Part shown: positions 11,681 to 24,486 of the stretch, in pieces
Layout: each line of letters begins with the position of its first letter
How positions within the stretch are numbered: position 1 is the stretch's first letter
From: Octopus vulgaris
Lineage: Eukaryota
Length of the DNA: 64,000 nt
Direction: 5' to 3'
Assembly (NCBI GenBank): GCA_951406725.2
Contig: OX597828.1
Span: 51,956,001-52,020,000, forward strand
Made by a program: the position numbers and the translations under genes
The notes under the pieces: generated by a model
What the model saw: the letters and a program-made list of their open reading frames with translations, nothing else
What the model was told of the DNA's origin: nothing
Database searches by the model: none

Positions 11681-12947
11681 TTGTGTGAGCGACGAGATCC
11701 GTTTATCTCAGCAATATGTGTGAGATTTGCGCGCTCGTGTGTAAGATGGTACGTATGCTTGTATGTATGTATGTATGTATGTATGTATGTGCATATGTAT
11801 GAAATGTATGTATGTATATGTATGTATGTATGTATGTGTGTATATGTATGTATGTATGTATGTATGTATGCATGTGTGTGTATGTATGTGTGTGTGTATG
11901 TATGCGTGTGTACTGTTCACATATATGCGTAATGCCTATAAATTTAGGAGTATGATTTTTAACGTTGTTAAATTCCCATATATCATTACTTCAATGTAAT
12001 ATACATAAATGGATTGAGTTTGAATAGAAATAGAATGATTCAATCGAATCTTCAATGCTCCACACTCATATTTTTTGCATTTACACACACACACACTCAA
12101 TCACATGCACACACAAACACACAAACTCACAAACATACACACACACAAACAGACACACACATATATATATATGTATATATACAGAGAGAGATAAAAAGTG
12201 AAGGAAAGAAAGAAAGAACGAAAGAAAGAAAGAAAGAAAAGAAGGAACAGCCAAGGTGTGACAGAGAGTGAAATGCGAATGAGAAAGCGTTGGTATAATA
12301 AAAAAGATATTTCAAACATTTCATTCTAATTTCTGCAGCTGTCTCTACAGTTAAAAACAGTAATACCATCGCTAAAACAAAGCAATTAAAAATGCTAATT
12401 AATAAATTAATTCATCGGAATGAGTTGAGGAACACCATTTCATCAGGAAATATAACTGAAACAAGAAACACGAAACTGATTTGATTTTCATCTTTCAGTT
12501 TTATTTCTCCTTGAAATAATGTTACTTATCGAATTCAGATCCATTATCAGGTTTTAATTATAGTAATTTCCCGCACATATGACGCACGTTTTTTAAAAAA
12601 TTTTTTCATTGTATCAAAGAATCGGCCCTGCACCTTATTCGGATGTATTATGGATAGGGGACCGAATATCCTAGGTTTGGGACCATGGTGAGCAGAAATC
12701 CGTAGGTCCAATAATTCTTCCTAATAATAAAATATTGAAAAAATGACAAATCACAGGCAGCACATAATTAAACAGATTGTTTATGGTACGTGAGTAGTTA
12801 CAAGGGGAAATCACATCACTTCATTATACTTCCTTCCTCGGCATGTATAACCCACACTGGTATACTTTATATTATTTAATGACTCTGTTACCTTTATGAA
12901 TTTGTGTTGCAATATTCCTGATGTGAAACCGGGTGTTGAAACAGATA

Positions 12948-13290
12948 CTGTTATATTTCGGGATGGTCATTCTTTTTTTTTTATTGTCAAATAAATACAC
13001 GCACTATTTATTCGTTCTTCACACTTTTATTACTCTTCGCATTTTATATTATAACCATTTTCCGGAAATCTTACGTCCCACATCTGAATGGATTAAATAG
13101 AGCAGAAAGATACACATGGACGGAAAGGGTCGCTGAAGTGATCGCAGCGAAAAATTTCCGGACAAAGGTCATAAGATAAAATATGAACAGTAATAACGAG
13201 TGAAAAACGAATATATACTGTCTGTGTTTATTTGTCAAAAAACTAAAACAAAAAAAAAACGAAAGTAAATGACCATCCAGAAATATTACA
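12948..13290. repeat. Diverged inverted repeat (~120-135-bp arms)
   Basis: tatttcgggatggtcatt...tccggaaat (12948-13069) is the reverse complement of atttccggac...aatgaccatccagaaata (13154-13290). Confidence 0.75.
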
Positions 13291-13734
13291 ATGGAAATTT
13301 AGATAATTTAGATAATTATCTCTTTGAAAGATGAAATGAGTATAAAGAAACATTCACATTCTGTCAGCTATTGACAATGAGTGGATGACAACAAAATCAT
13401 AGCGGTGGTGCACTACTCTGCTGGATGAACGCTGTGGTGCAAATCGTTACCTAGAAATACGAGGTTTACATATTGTATGGTAATATTTTGTATGACATAA
13501 TATATTCGGCTATACAGTTGAACTGAAAAATAATAAAGCTGAAAGAATATAACATAGCTTATTTATGATAATTCAATGAGTTCTTATTTCATTCCAGTAT
13601 AATGCCACAAAATTATTTTAACTTGCACAGATTAATAATTTTTTCTAACAAAACAACTTTAAAATATGGAAACGACATTAAGAAAAGATAGAATATTAGG
13701 TTTATATGCCCCCAAATTTACTCTATAATTGCCT

Positions 13735-14025
13735 ATGAGCATATAGCGTAGTGGTTAAGATCGTGGGCTACTAACACCCGGATTCCCAGGGACTTGTGAT
13801 ATAATATAAACAAGAAGATAACATCATCAAAAAAGAATTACTTTGAAATGAGAACAGAGTACCTTATTAGTGAAATAAAGGGCTAGGTTCGAAATTCCAG
13901 TAGAAAACCTGAGGAAGGCTTGAGAGTACATCAGCCGAAAAGTTGTGGTAACAACAAACACAGTAAAGACACCTATCCATACATTCTAAATAATGTACAT
14001 AATTCCTCATCTCAAAATTATAGAA
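13735..14025 (+). mobile_element. tRNA-headed SINE-like element carrying a degenerate hammerhead
   Basis: A-box-like tagcgtagtggttaag at ~13744. At 13909-13947: ctgagga a ggct-tgagagtacatc-agcc gaaa agtt gtg, one change from gaaacgtt. Confidence 0.6.
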
Positions 14026-14660
14026 TAATGATAAAAATATCTTTCAATAATTGTATGATGAAATATAAGTTTGCTTATTCCATAAAATCTTCTTGTAAAT
14101 TAGTGGTATGTCTTAAGCAAACGTGCCCCACTCCGTTTACATAACATTCAGCAAACTTTTGCCCAAATGTCTATTTTTCTGTTCAATATGTGTCTTTTAA
14201 CACATTGCTTCAGTTATCAACAAATTGTCTGGCAAATATTTTTGCAATAAAATGTTTTTGTGACTTATACATTTAGCATGTTTTTTTCCTTACCGATCTC
14301 TACAGTTCGGTCTCAAATTAGATAGACTTCAAACGTTAGTTCCCTCCTTAAATATTTATACATATGAAAATTTCTTTCACTTCTGCCTCTACTTCATAAT
14401 GAAATCTTAACTTCTTTACTTCATTCTGTTTTGCCGATTTCCATTCATAAATTATGAAGAGATCAAAAAGTTACAAACACACTTATAAAACTGTAAACTA
14501 TTAATAAATAAAAAAATTCATTAAATGACGTCTATTTCCGGAAACTTTGTGTCTTCTCACTGGCTTATAAACACCGTGCTTTATACGAGCAAGCACAATT
14601 GATATATGTATGTATATATATATATATTTACATGTGTGTATGTGTTTATATATGTATTTA

Positions 14661-14703
<43 letters not shown>

Positions 14704-14714
14704 ATATATATATA

Positions 14715-14844
<130 letters not shown>

Positions 14845-15254
14845 TTCCGTCTCTCGAAAGCGTTGTTCTTAACATTATAAAGACACACTCATCAATAATG
14901 TTTCTTAACTCTTAATCAAACTAAAGTAAACTTCCTCAGGACAAAACAAATTAGCTGTAAATAGAAATTAACTTATATCTGATCATAATTATTGAGCTCT
15001 TTCATTGATTACTTAAACGATTTTTTAGCTATTAACTGTAGATATAAGGAAATCTATATCTAGACTGAGGGAAAAAAATTTATCTAAGTCGGACAATCCG
15101 TCTGCAAGACAGTCTCCTATTTCCAATCAATGACGGATTCTGCAAGTCTCTGACTGTTTTATCATTTAGCACAGTTATCTCCTCTCCTTCGTCACAGTTC
15201 ATCTACATATACATACATCCATACTTATCTATCTGTCTATCTATCTATCTATCA

Positions 15255-15316
<62 letters not shown>

Positions 15317-15649
15317 ATAACTAACTAATTTGCGATACATGAAAGGAGCATTATGAGTGTACATACGGGGATTGGTCTCTGTCAATACAGTGAGAGGGAA
15401 GGAATCAAAAACTGAGAGGTGGATGAGGAGGAAATACGAGGAGAGGGAATAAGTAATTCAATAGTTACTTTGTATATTTTATTTTAGGTAATAAACATTT
15501 TTCTTTGGAAAATTACTATTCATTTCATCATTTTGTATAAACATGAGGAAATTTGTTAAAAGATAAATTATAATTTTTTTATGTATGTCGTATTTGCTGA
15601 TAATACTCATGGTCGCAAAAGTTACCCGCTACATGACGAGTGATACTAG

Positions 15650-15714
<65 letters not shown>

Positions 15715-15799
15715 ACGGAATAAGAACGTAACGGGCGGCTATAAAAACATGCAAAAACCAGAACGGATCATTCGGGGCCTTCTATTCATCAGTCAAGTT

Positions 15800-16340
15800 T
15801 CCAGTTATCATTACACTTTCAGTCTATGTATAAAGGAATTCTTGCACAGTTTCCTTCTCTGAAATTCTGAGGTAAAAAGCAAACAGCTGTTTAAGTGTGC
15901 CCCAGAGTGAAAGTATACCCAGTATCATGTGGGGCTGTGAAGTGAAGTTCTTTAAGATATGAAGAAATATGAAATACAAATTCATGAACCGAAAAGCAGT
16001 GACCTGTTGACTCACCTAACAGCGGATCAGAATCAAGATTAGAAATTTTCGAAAGCCAACGAATTTCCTCGTGGATTCATGTATTATACACTTTCTTGTT
16101 AATACGATGGTCAGTGTCCTGAGACGATTCCGTCTGGCACCTGACAATCAAGCGCTTTTATTGATTAAACATAAATATTCGAAGAATGGTTTGTTGTTAT
16201 TGGTGCCGTGGTGGGTCGTTGCTAATCTTTTCATTTTATACTTAGATCAAAAATAATTATCACTTGAAAAACCCTCATTTGCGTGCGATTTCCTATTTTC
16301 TTTGGGCAAATATGTGCGAATGTGAAATTTAGCAAAATAT
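15800..16340 (-). pseudogene. Highly degraded mariner-like transposase remnant
   Basis: Minus-strand fragments RVFQV (HTH-like) and ...LWGTLKQLF...RISEKETVQ (C-terminal-like); very decayed. Confidence 0.35.
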
Positions 16341-16376
16341 CTATCCATCCATCCATCCATTCATCTATCTATCTAA

Positions 16377-16446
<70 letters not shown>

Positions 16447-16590
16447 GTCTGTCTGTCTGTCTACCTGTCTGTCTGTATGTTTCTCAATCTCTGTCTCGCT
16501 CCTTCTCCCTCTCTCCCATCTCGCTCCCAGTCTCACTATCTCTCTATATAGATATTTATGTGCATACATATACATCCATATACATTACAG

Positions 16591-16739
<149 letters not shown>

Positions 16740-16847
16740 AATACGTATTTATCTATTTATGTACTTATGTGTGCCTGTAGGGTGAGAAGGAGCACGAGAA
16801 AGAAAGAAACGGTATATGTATATTATATATATCTACATATATATGTG

Positions 16848-16902
<55 letters not shown>

Positions 16903-17375
16903 TGAGTGACAGATAGATAGATAAAAGCGTATGTGTGTGTGTGTATTTGCATGTGTTTACGGGTGTTTCACTGAGCAAAGCCAGAAGGAGGTGATTTCTT
17001 TGATATTTCAAGTATAATTGTACGGGCCCAAAGGCGCCGAAATTCTTAGAAGGGAATAAGTATATCTTCAGAATATATAATATCTTACATTTCTAAACAC
17101 TACAAAAAGCTAGAACTAAAAAAAGACGTAATTACCGCGACGATGAATTGTAGACGCCAGAGTACTAAAATGCCGAAGATGGGCTGATCTTTTATTTATT
17201 TATTTATTTATTTACTTTTCCAGTGAAGGTGTTTGTTGGCAATGTTATGGTGTTACCGATACTGATTGTGAGGATTATGGCGGTGGTGAGTGTGGCAGTG
17301 GTGTTGTTGATGTCGGTGACTGTGATGGGGATGAAAATTTTGGTGGGGGTGTGGCGATGATTGATATTTATAATA

Positions 17376-17880
17376 ATTATTTCAAATTTTTGCCACAAGA
17401 GCAGCTTGGGGGAGGTGGAGATAAGTTTATTACATCGACCCCAGCGTTCAATTGGCACTTAATTTATCGACCCCGAAAGGATGAAAGGCAATGTAGAACT
17501 CAGCGGAATTTGAACTCAGAAAGTAGTGACCGGCTAAATACATATTTCTTTACTACCCACAAGGGGCTAAACACAGAGGGAACAAACAAGGACAGACAAA
17601 GGGATTAAGTCGATTACATCGACCTCAGTGCGTAACTGGTACTTTTTTAATTGACCCCGAAAGGATAAAAGGCAAAGTCGACCTCGGCGGAATTTGAACT
17701 CAGAACGTAACGGCAGACGAAATACCTATTTTTTACTACCCACAAGGGGCTAAATACAGAGGGGACAAACAAGGATAGACAAAGGGATAAAGTCGATTAC
17801 ATTGACCCCAGTGCGTATCTGGTAATTAATTTATTGACCCCGAAAGGATGAAAGGCAAAGTTGACCTCTGCGGAATTTGA
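17376..17880 (-). mobile_element. Tandem array of SINE family A units (~3 units, head lost)
   Basis: Repeated gaccccgaaaggatgaaaggcaaagtcgacctcggcggaatttgaactcag units; the 3'-most unit carries a different tail (cttgtggcaaaaatttgaaa). Confidence 0.85.
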
Positions 17881-18319
17881 AGAAGAAGAAGAAGAAGAAG
17901 AAGAAGAAGAAGAAAAAGAAGAAGAAGAAGAAGGAGAAGAAGAGGGAAAAGGAGGAGAAGAATGCGGAGAAGGAGGGGAGGAGAAGAAGAAGAAGAAGAA
18001 GAAGAAGAAGAAGAAGACGAAGAAGGAGAAGAAGAAGGAGAGGAGAACAAGGAGGAAGAGAAGTAGAAGGAGGAGGATGAGAAAAAGAAAGATGAGGGGA
18101 GAAGAAGGAGAAGAAGGAAGAGAAGAAGAAGAAGTAGAAGAAGAAGAAGAAGAAGGAGGAAGAGAAGAAGAAGGAGGAAAAGAAGAAGGAGGAGGAGGAG
18201 AAGAAAAGGGAGAAGAAGGGGAAGAGAAGAAGAAGAAGAAAAAGAAGAAGAAGAAGAAGAAGAAGAAGAAGAAGAAGAAGAAGAAGAAGAAGAAAAAGAA
18301 AAAGAAGAAGAAGAAGAAA
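17879..18319. repeat. (GAA)n/(GGA)n polypurine tract
   Basis: Direct inspection; source of the poly-E/K ORFs. Confidence 0.95.
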
Positions 18320-19132
18320 TCAGATTAAGTGGAAATCAATGAGTGGGTGGGGGAAGTGGAAGAAGACTCAAGATAAAGAATGTAAAGCTATGGTATCGGA
18401 AACGGTAATAGGTGGATCGATATTGGTTGATTGGATGTTGGAGATAGTGCTCATTGATACAGGAACATCTATCAACGTTTGTTTATCATTGATACACACA
18501 ACGGAATTTTGGAATTCCTGCCTTGTTCCTTGAATATTGATTGACAAACTGAAACTAATTAGGAAATGATATATAAATTAGAAACATATCTGAAAATATC
18601 ATCGAATTTCCTGCTTGGTTGATGAAAATTAATTCAAATATATTGAGTAATATGTTAGGAATTCGCGATATTTATATTTGCTGACGACTTCCATAATGCG
18701 AAAATATTCATAATGCTTAAATAATAGTTATCATTAATACTAAACCAGTTCAAAGTCCATTTTCATTGACTGCAATATATATTGGTTAATAGAGTACATA
18801 ATTTTTACTAACAGCAAACGTTCTGGAAACTGAAAAAATTTGCGCTCTTGTAATCTGATACTCTATGTGAAATGGCTTCTACTTCGTAAATACACACACA
18901 CACACACACACACACACACTCGCACACATATATATATATAAATATGTGTGTGTATATATATATATATAAATATGTGTGTATATATATAAGTATATATATA
19001 TAAATATGTGTGTGTGTATATATGTATATATATATATAAATATGTGTGTGTATATATATATATATATATACACGCGCATATACATTACATTATATATATG
19101 TGTGTGTAAATATACATATATATATAAATATG

Positions 19133-19179
<47 letters not shown>

Positions 19180-19192
19180 ATATGTATTATAT

Positions 19193-19227
<35 letters not shown>

Positions 19228-19324
19228 AACATTGTAATATATTATTTCAACAAAGCCACACCTGCTTTTACATCCGATTATATACAACGGCTGAAACTGG
19301 TGCGCAGCCTACAGGTGTTGGCAT

Positions 19325-19360
19325 AGTAGTAACAGTAGTAGTAGTAGTAGTGGTAGTAGC

Positions 19361-19449
<89 letters not shown>
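19325..19449. repeat. (TAG)n microsatellite
   Basis: Direct inspection. Confidence 0.95.
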
Positions 19450-19611
19450 CCGTATAACTCGTATCAGTATAATCCTATTCCAGCCGAGTTGGTTGGTTTA
19501 CAGGCGACTCGCCATCAATACAGCATTATATGATGTAGAAAATTATTATATGCAATTATTATTGTTAATGCATTGTTTTTGTTTGCAATCCATAGACACT
19601 AGTTTTCTGTA

Positions 19612-20198
19612 ATTGTCTCCCTGGTTTTTAATGTGCTAGGCCACTTGGTGTTAAACTGATTGTATTATTAAATTAATATCTAATTTTTCACCCTCATTTA
19701 TGAATTTATAAATTTAATATACTGCACTAAATATTGTGTGCAGTACTCGTTTCCACTAAGTCTTACCATGCTTTTTGTTGGGAAACTAAATCACAACTAT
19801 GTATGCAATCGATTGGACCGCATGGGTATTTATCGCCCGTGTGGGTCTAATAAATTGTATCGAAAACAAATGCTGCAGATGATTTATAGATAAATATGTG
19901 AGTATAATTGCATATTATGTTGATAAAGAAACAATTGTTCAGCATTAATTTATCCTTTCGTTGTATTTCGCTTTCCATACGTTGAAGGTAATGTTATTTC
20001 TTGTGTGGAAACAACTTCGGTGGCTATACCAGAATAAGGAGCTATTTCTAGCACTAGAGTTAACCACTTAACGGTAACTCCCTTATATTTACGTATAAAT
20101 TTGTATTGTCTCCCTCGTTTTTTATGTGCTAGGCCACTTGGTGTTAAACTGATGGTATTATTAAATTAATATCTAATTTTTCACCCTCATTTATGAAT
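19612..20198 (+). mobile_element. Retrozyme/Penelope-like non-coding element with 94-bp direct repeats (period 493 bp) and a hammerhead
   Basis: 19612-19705 is repeated at 20105-20198. Shares the gctatttctag and tttcaccct motifs with 6506-7475. Ends in (TA)n. Confidence 0.75.
19869..19946 (+). ncRNA. Type I hammerhead ribozyme (core CAGAUGA, extended stem II, GUU site)
   Basis: Perfect 7-bp stem I aatgctg/cagcatt; cagatga 19876-19882; stem II tttat...ataaa; gaaa 19928-19931; palindromic caattg; tt. Confidence 0.75.
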
Positions 20199-20229
20199 AT
20201 ATATATATATATATATGAATGACTATAAA

Positions 20230-20382
20230 GTTGTGTCTTGGGAGAGTCATTTTCTTCTTGTGCCTAATAATGTAACAGACTCACCGGTAAAATTCCCACT
20301 TATTTCTTATTTTTATTTTCCTAAAATTTTCGTTGAGTCTTGCAACATTTTCAATAGTCTTGACTCTCCCCAGACACAACAG
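20230..20382 (-). mobile_element. Short Penelope-like element with inverted termini enclosing a variant hammerhead
   Basis: gttgtgtcttgggagagtca at the left is inverted as tgactctccccagacacaac at the right; second copy at 23178-23321. Confidence 0.8.
20321..20357 (-). ncRNA. Minimal hammerhead with U3-A8 core variant (UUGAAAA)
   Basis: Minus strand: cta ttgaaaa t gttg-caagact-caac gaaa at tt tag. Confidence 0.6.
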
Positions 20383-20535
20383 AATATGCTTCAACACACG
20401 AACTCATATAAAGAATTTTGCAAACCAAATCCAAAAATGAAATGAATATAAATTTCTACATAAAAGCATATACATATTTATACTTATATATATGCATACG
20501 TATATATTAATATACATATACATATATGTGTATAC

Positions 20536-20597
<62 letters not shown>

Positions 20598-20667
20598 GTA
20601 TATACATACATATACTTATATATATATATATACATATATATTATATATATATGCACACCTTTATATA

Positions 20668-20698
<31 letters not shown>

Positions 20699-21185
20699 GC
20701 ACACATATATATGTATATATATACATACATACATATATAATTACATACATATACATATGTATATATGCATGTATGTATACACAAAGTATATGGTTTTACA
20801 TCACAGGTGATCTCAACGACTAGACACTGCAGGAAATTGCTATAGCGGATTATCAGCTCTGCAAGGTTAAAGCCAAACGGTAGTTATAAAGCCATTTTTA
20901 ACTTCCGATATAGCGGATATATAATTGTGAAAGAGGACAACAAACTTTAAAGCAAGACAAACATCTCAAGTCATATACGTTATTATTATTGGACGTTTTT
21001 CTTGCCTTAACGTTTGTTGTACTCTTTATGAATTATGTATATGTATTATGTGTGTGCGTGTTTGTTTGAGTGTGTGTGTTTTTGTGTATGTGTGTGTGTG
21101 AGTAAGGATAAGATTGTTATTTAAATACCGATCTTATCAGGTGGCCAGCATGAGAATAAAAACCTTCAAAAGTAATAATTATTAG

Positions 21186-21322
21186 AATTATAATTTAGGG
21201 TGTGTAAGAGATACCACCACGCCGGAAATAGCAGCCAAAACTTGACTCTACAATTTGAGTTTTAGAGTAAAGTTTTAGCTGCTACTTTCAGCGTGTTGGT
21301 ATCTCTTAGATATCCTAAATTA

Positions 21323-21327
<5 letters not shown>
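21186..21327. repeat. Diverged palindrome of a Penelope-like 3' region
   Basis: The arms are reverse complements around ~21255; tagagtaaagttttagctgctactttcagc is homologous to 22036-22092. Confidence 0.75.
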
Positions 21328-21357
<30 letters not shown>

Positions 21358-21400
21358 ATATATATATATATTTATATAATAGTGGTTTATATATATATTA

Positions 21401-21486
<86 letters not shown>

Positions 21487-21520
21487 TAGTGGTTTTACTC
21501 TAATGTATATATATAACTTC

Positions 21521-21707
21521 ATATAAATAAGGATGAAATCGTTATTTTAAGTACCGTTCATATCAAGTGGCTAGCATGGGAATAAAAATCTTACATGTAA
21601 TAATTGTAATTTTAATAATTATCATTATTACCTATAAGGTTTTTATTTTCATTCTGACCATTTGATATGATCGGTGTTTTAAATAAGGATCTTATCCTTA
21701 TTTATAT
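21521..21707. repeat. Diverged palindrome; third arm copy at ~21103-21180
   Basis: atataaataaggatgaaatc...aataaaaatctta versus taaggtttttatt...gatcttatccttatttatat. Confidence 0.75.
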
Positions 21708-21899
21708 AAATGTATATATTTACTTCGTCATTCTATTCACTGCGGTGTTATTTTGACCATATAGCACATGGAGTTTAGACAAGCAATTTAAACTGGTCGT
21801 GTGCACACGTACATATATATATGTGTGTATACGTATGTATATGTAAGTATTCGTATGTTATAAATATACATATTTGTATATGTGTACTATATTGTGTAT

Positions 21900-21957
21900 A
21901 TTTCACTGACGAAGCAAAGCATATCTTTATGCAGAGCTAGAAATCTAGGCCTGAAAT
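21900..21957 (+). ncRNA. Degenerate type I hammerhead (canonical CUGACGA core, mutated stem III and cleavage site)
   Basis: Stem I atttca/tgaaat; ctgacga; agc...gcata-tctt-tatgc...gct; gaaa; tctagg cc where cctagg tc is expected. Confidence 0.6.
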
Positions 21958-22164
21958 TATCCAATAATTTTTTGCTAGTTTATTTTGTCTCTTTGTCCTC
22001 TCTCCTGGTGCTGTATGAATATTTGGTGCGGGTTTAGAGTCAAGTTTCGACTGCTATCTCTAGCATGGGTGTATATTTTTGATACCCTTAATCATATATA
22101 TATATATATACATATATATATATGTGTGTGTGTGTATTATAAATATATATATACTTTCGTTCTC

Positions 22165-22399
22165 TCATTCTTCAACATGTTCTAGTTATTTGACAACTAC
22201 CATGCTGGAGCACCACTTTAAAAAGGTTTTAGACGAAGAATTCCACCCCAGAACTTATTCATTGTAATCCTAGTACATATTCTATCGGTCTCTTTTCCTG
22301 AACCGTGAAGTTACGGACGTAATAACACCAACATCAGTTGTCAAGCGATTGTAGGACACGCACAGACGCAAAGGCATGCACATACATAAATATATGCAT

Positions 22400-22492
<93 letters not shown>

Positions 22493-22520
22493 CATACATA
22501 CAACGGGCCTCTTTCAGGCT
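22165..22520 (-). mobile_element. SINE family C (diverged, 5' truncated)
   Basis: ccatgctggagcaccac...tattctatcggtctctttt...gttgtcaagcgat plus internal microsatellite. Confidence 0.8.
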
Positions 22521-22949
22521 CCATCTAAGCTGTGAATTTGGCTTTTAGCAGTTGAAAAACGTCACAAGAATATCGTAACTAACCTACACTTTGCTTCTTT
22601 CTAAACGCTGCTTGGCTCTAATATTTCGGTATTTTCCACTATCTGACGATCTACCAGCGCTAATCAGTCAATGCTTTTGACTGTATTTTACGTAAAGTTA
22701 TCGCTTTATAAGATCTGTTCAGAGTTGGCTCTCTTAGGTACTTCCCACTGATAAAAGCCAGCGAGCTAGAATCATCTATGTCTGGGAACACAGATAGATG
22801 GTGACACTGAACAGATGGGGTGTTTTCATACCTTTTCACCATAAGAGAAAAACTTTCTCTACGGGAACTGCAGTGAATTTGCCTTTTAGCAGTTGAAATA
22901 TGTAACAGACATAATTTCACGGTGGGTCATTTTCTTTGGAGGCAACAGC

Positions 22950-23072
22950 GACCAATAGAATAAGTACTAGCTTGTAAAAATATGTGCTGGGATCGACTTG
23001 TTTGAATATGTCCCTTCAAGACTGTGCCCCAGCATGGCTGCAGTCAAGTGACTGAAACAAATAAAAACTAGA
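22950..23072 (+). mobile_element. SINE family C 3' fragment
   Basis: gaccaatagaataagtactag...cagcatggctgcagtcaagtgactgaaacaa. Confidence 0.8.
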
Positions 23073-23112
23073 AGTAATATATATACATATATATGTATAT
23101 TTATATGTATAC

Positions 23113-23174
<62 letters not shown>

Positions 23175-23177
23175 GTA

Positions 23178-23321
23178 CTGTTGTGTCTGGGGAGTGTCAT
23201 TTTCTTTTTGTGCCTGCCTTATAATGTAACACACTCACCGGTAAAATTTCCACCTATTTCTTATTTTTATTTTCCTAAAATTTTCGTTGCATCTTGCAAC
23301 ACTTTCAATAGTCTTGACTCT
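23178..23321 (-). mobile_element. Second copy of the 20230-20382 element with the U3-A8 hammerhead (23275-23311)
   Basis: Minus strand: cta ttgaaag t gttgc-aagat-gcaac gaaa at tt tag; adjacent to (TA)n. Confidence 0.75.
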
Positions 23322-23336
23322 AAAGCCAAAAACGAA

Positions 23337-23409
<73 letters not shown>

Positions 23410-23914
23410 TTAGTTCTAGCTGTTTTACCCTACGTTTGACCAATTACTTATAATTGTATTTACACTTGACCAATTTTGTATTAAGTTTCACATGAACAGA
23501 CACACGGCACAAGACACACACACGCGCGCACATGCACACACATATAACACATTTTCCTGAGAGAGCAGGTAGATTAATGATCTGTCGACTGAATGCCCAT
23601 TGAGGAGTTAGAGATTATGGGTATTACGATTCTGTCGTGTCCATAACTTAAACATAAGCTCACCAAATCCATTGTCTCAAACATTTTTAAAGATAACGAA
23701 TATATATCATAACTTTCACTCACTGTAAGCCGAACTATAAAAGTGTGCCAAAATATTCTTTAAATTTCGAACATATACTTTAACGTCTGAACAAGTTCTC
23801 TAACTTGAGCACAGCTCTCTTACACACAGACACATCTCTAATCCTCTCTTGCACTCTCTCTCTCTCCCTCTCTTCCTCTCACTCTTTCTCACACATATAC
23901 TTTCTTTTCCTTCA

Positions 23915-24122
23915 CTCGTTAGCATTTAAACCGGCCATATCAAACCCAAATATTCTACCTGCTTTATGTTAAAAGTGGCCAGATCCATCCTCTCACACCT
24001 ACCTTCCAATGTCAATCCACAAATAAACAGTCACACCATTGAACTTTCGAAGCTTTGATTAACTCAAAACAATGTAAATAAATAAGGACTACATTTAACA
24101 GAGTAATCTGAACGCTAAGGAG
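23915..24122. mobile_element. piggyBac-type MITE (~210 bp)
   Basis: TIRs ctcgttagcattt / gaacgctaaggag; flanks ttca / ttaa; homologous copies at 31912-32125 and 55605-55821. Confidence 0.75.
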
Positions 24123-24269
24123 TTAAACTGAACAATCGATTCTACCATTCTGCTTCGAAACGGATGCTTGAACAACGAATGAAATTGAATTGTAACACAC
24201 ACACACACACATACATACAAGCTCGTACACACCCACTCACTCACACACCCACACACTCACACACATATA

Positions 24270-24486
24270 TATTTTTCTTTACTACCCACAAGGGGCTAAA
24301 CACAGAGAGGACAAACAAGGATAGACAAAGGGATTAAGTTATTACATCGACCCCAGTGCGTAACTGGTACTTAATTTATCGACCCCGAAAGGATGAAAGG
24401 CAAAGTTGACCTCGGAACGTAACGGCAGATGAAATACGGCTACGCATTTCGCCCAGCGTGCAAACGTTTCTGCCAACTCGCCGCCC
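24270..24486 (-). mobile_element. SINE family A
   Basis: Reverse complement of 672-900 with a small internal deletion. Confidence 0.88.

Noticed and set aside
15761-15800. Minus-strand ctgatga...gaatgatc in a (TA)n-adjacent element as a hammerhead
   Set aside because: No GAAA and no convincing stem II or III in this copy; possibly decayed but unsupported.
22529-22905. ~35-bp direct repeats (gtgaatttg.cttttagcagttgaaa) about 345 bp apart as LTRs
   Set aside because: Too short, with no TG...CA ends, primer-binding site or TSD; a nearby ctgacga does not fold as a hammerhead.
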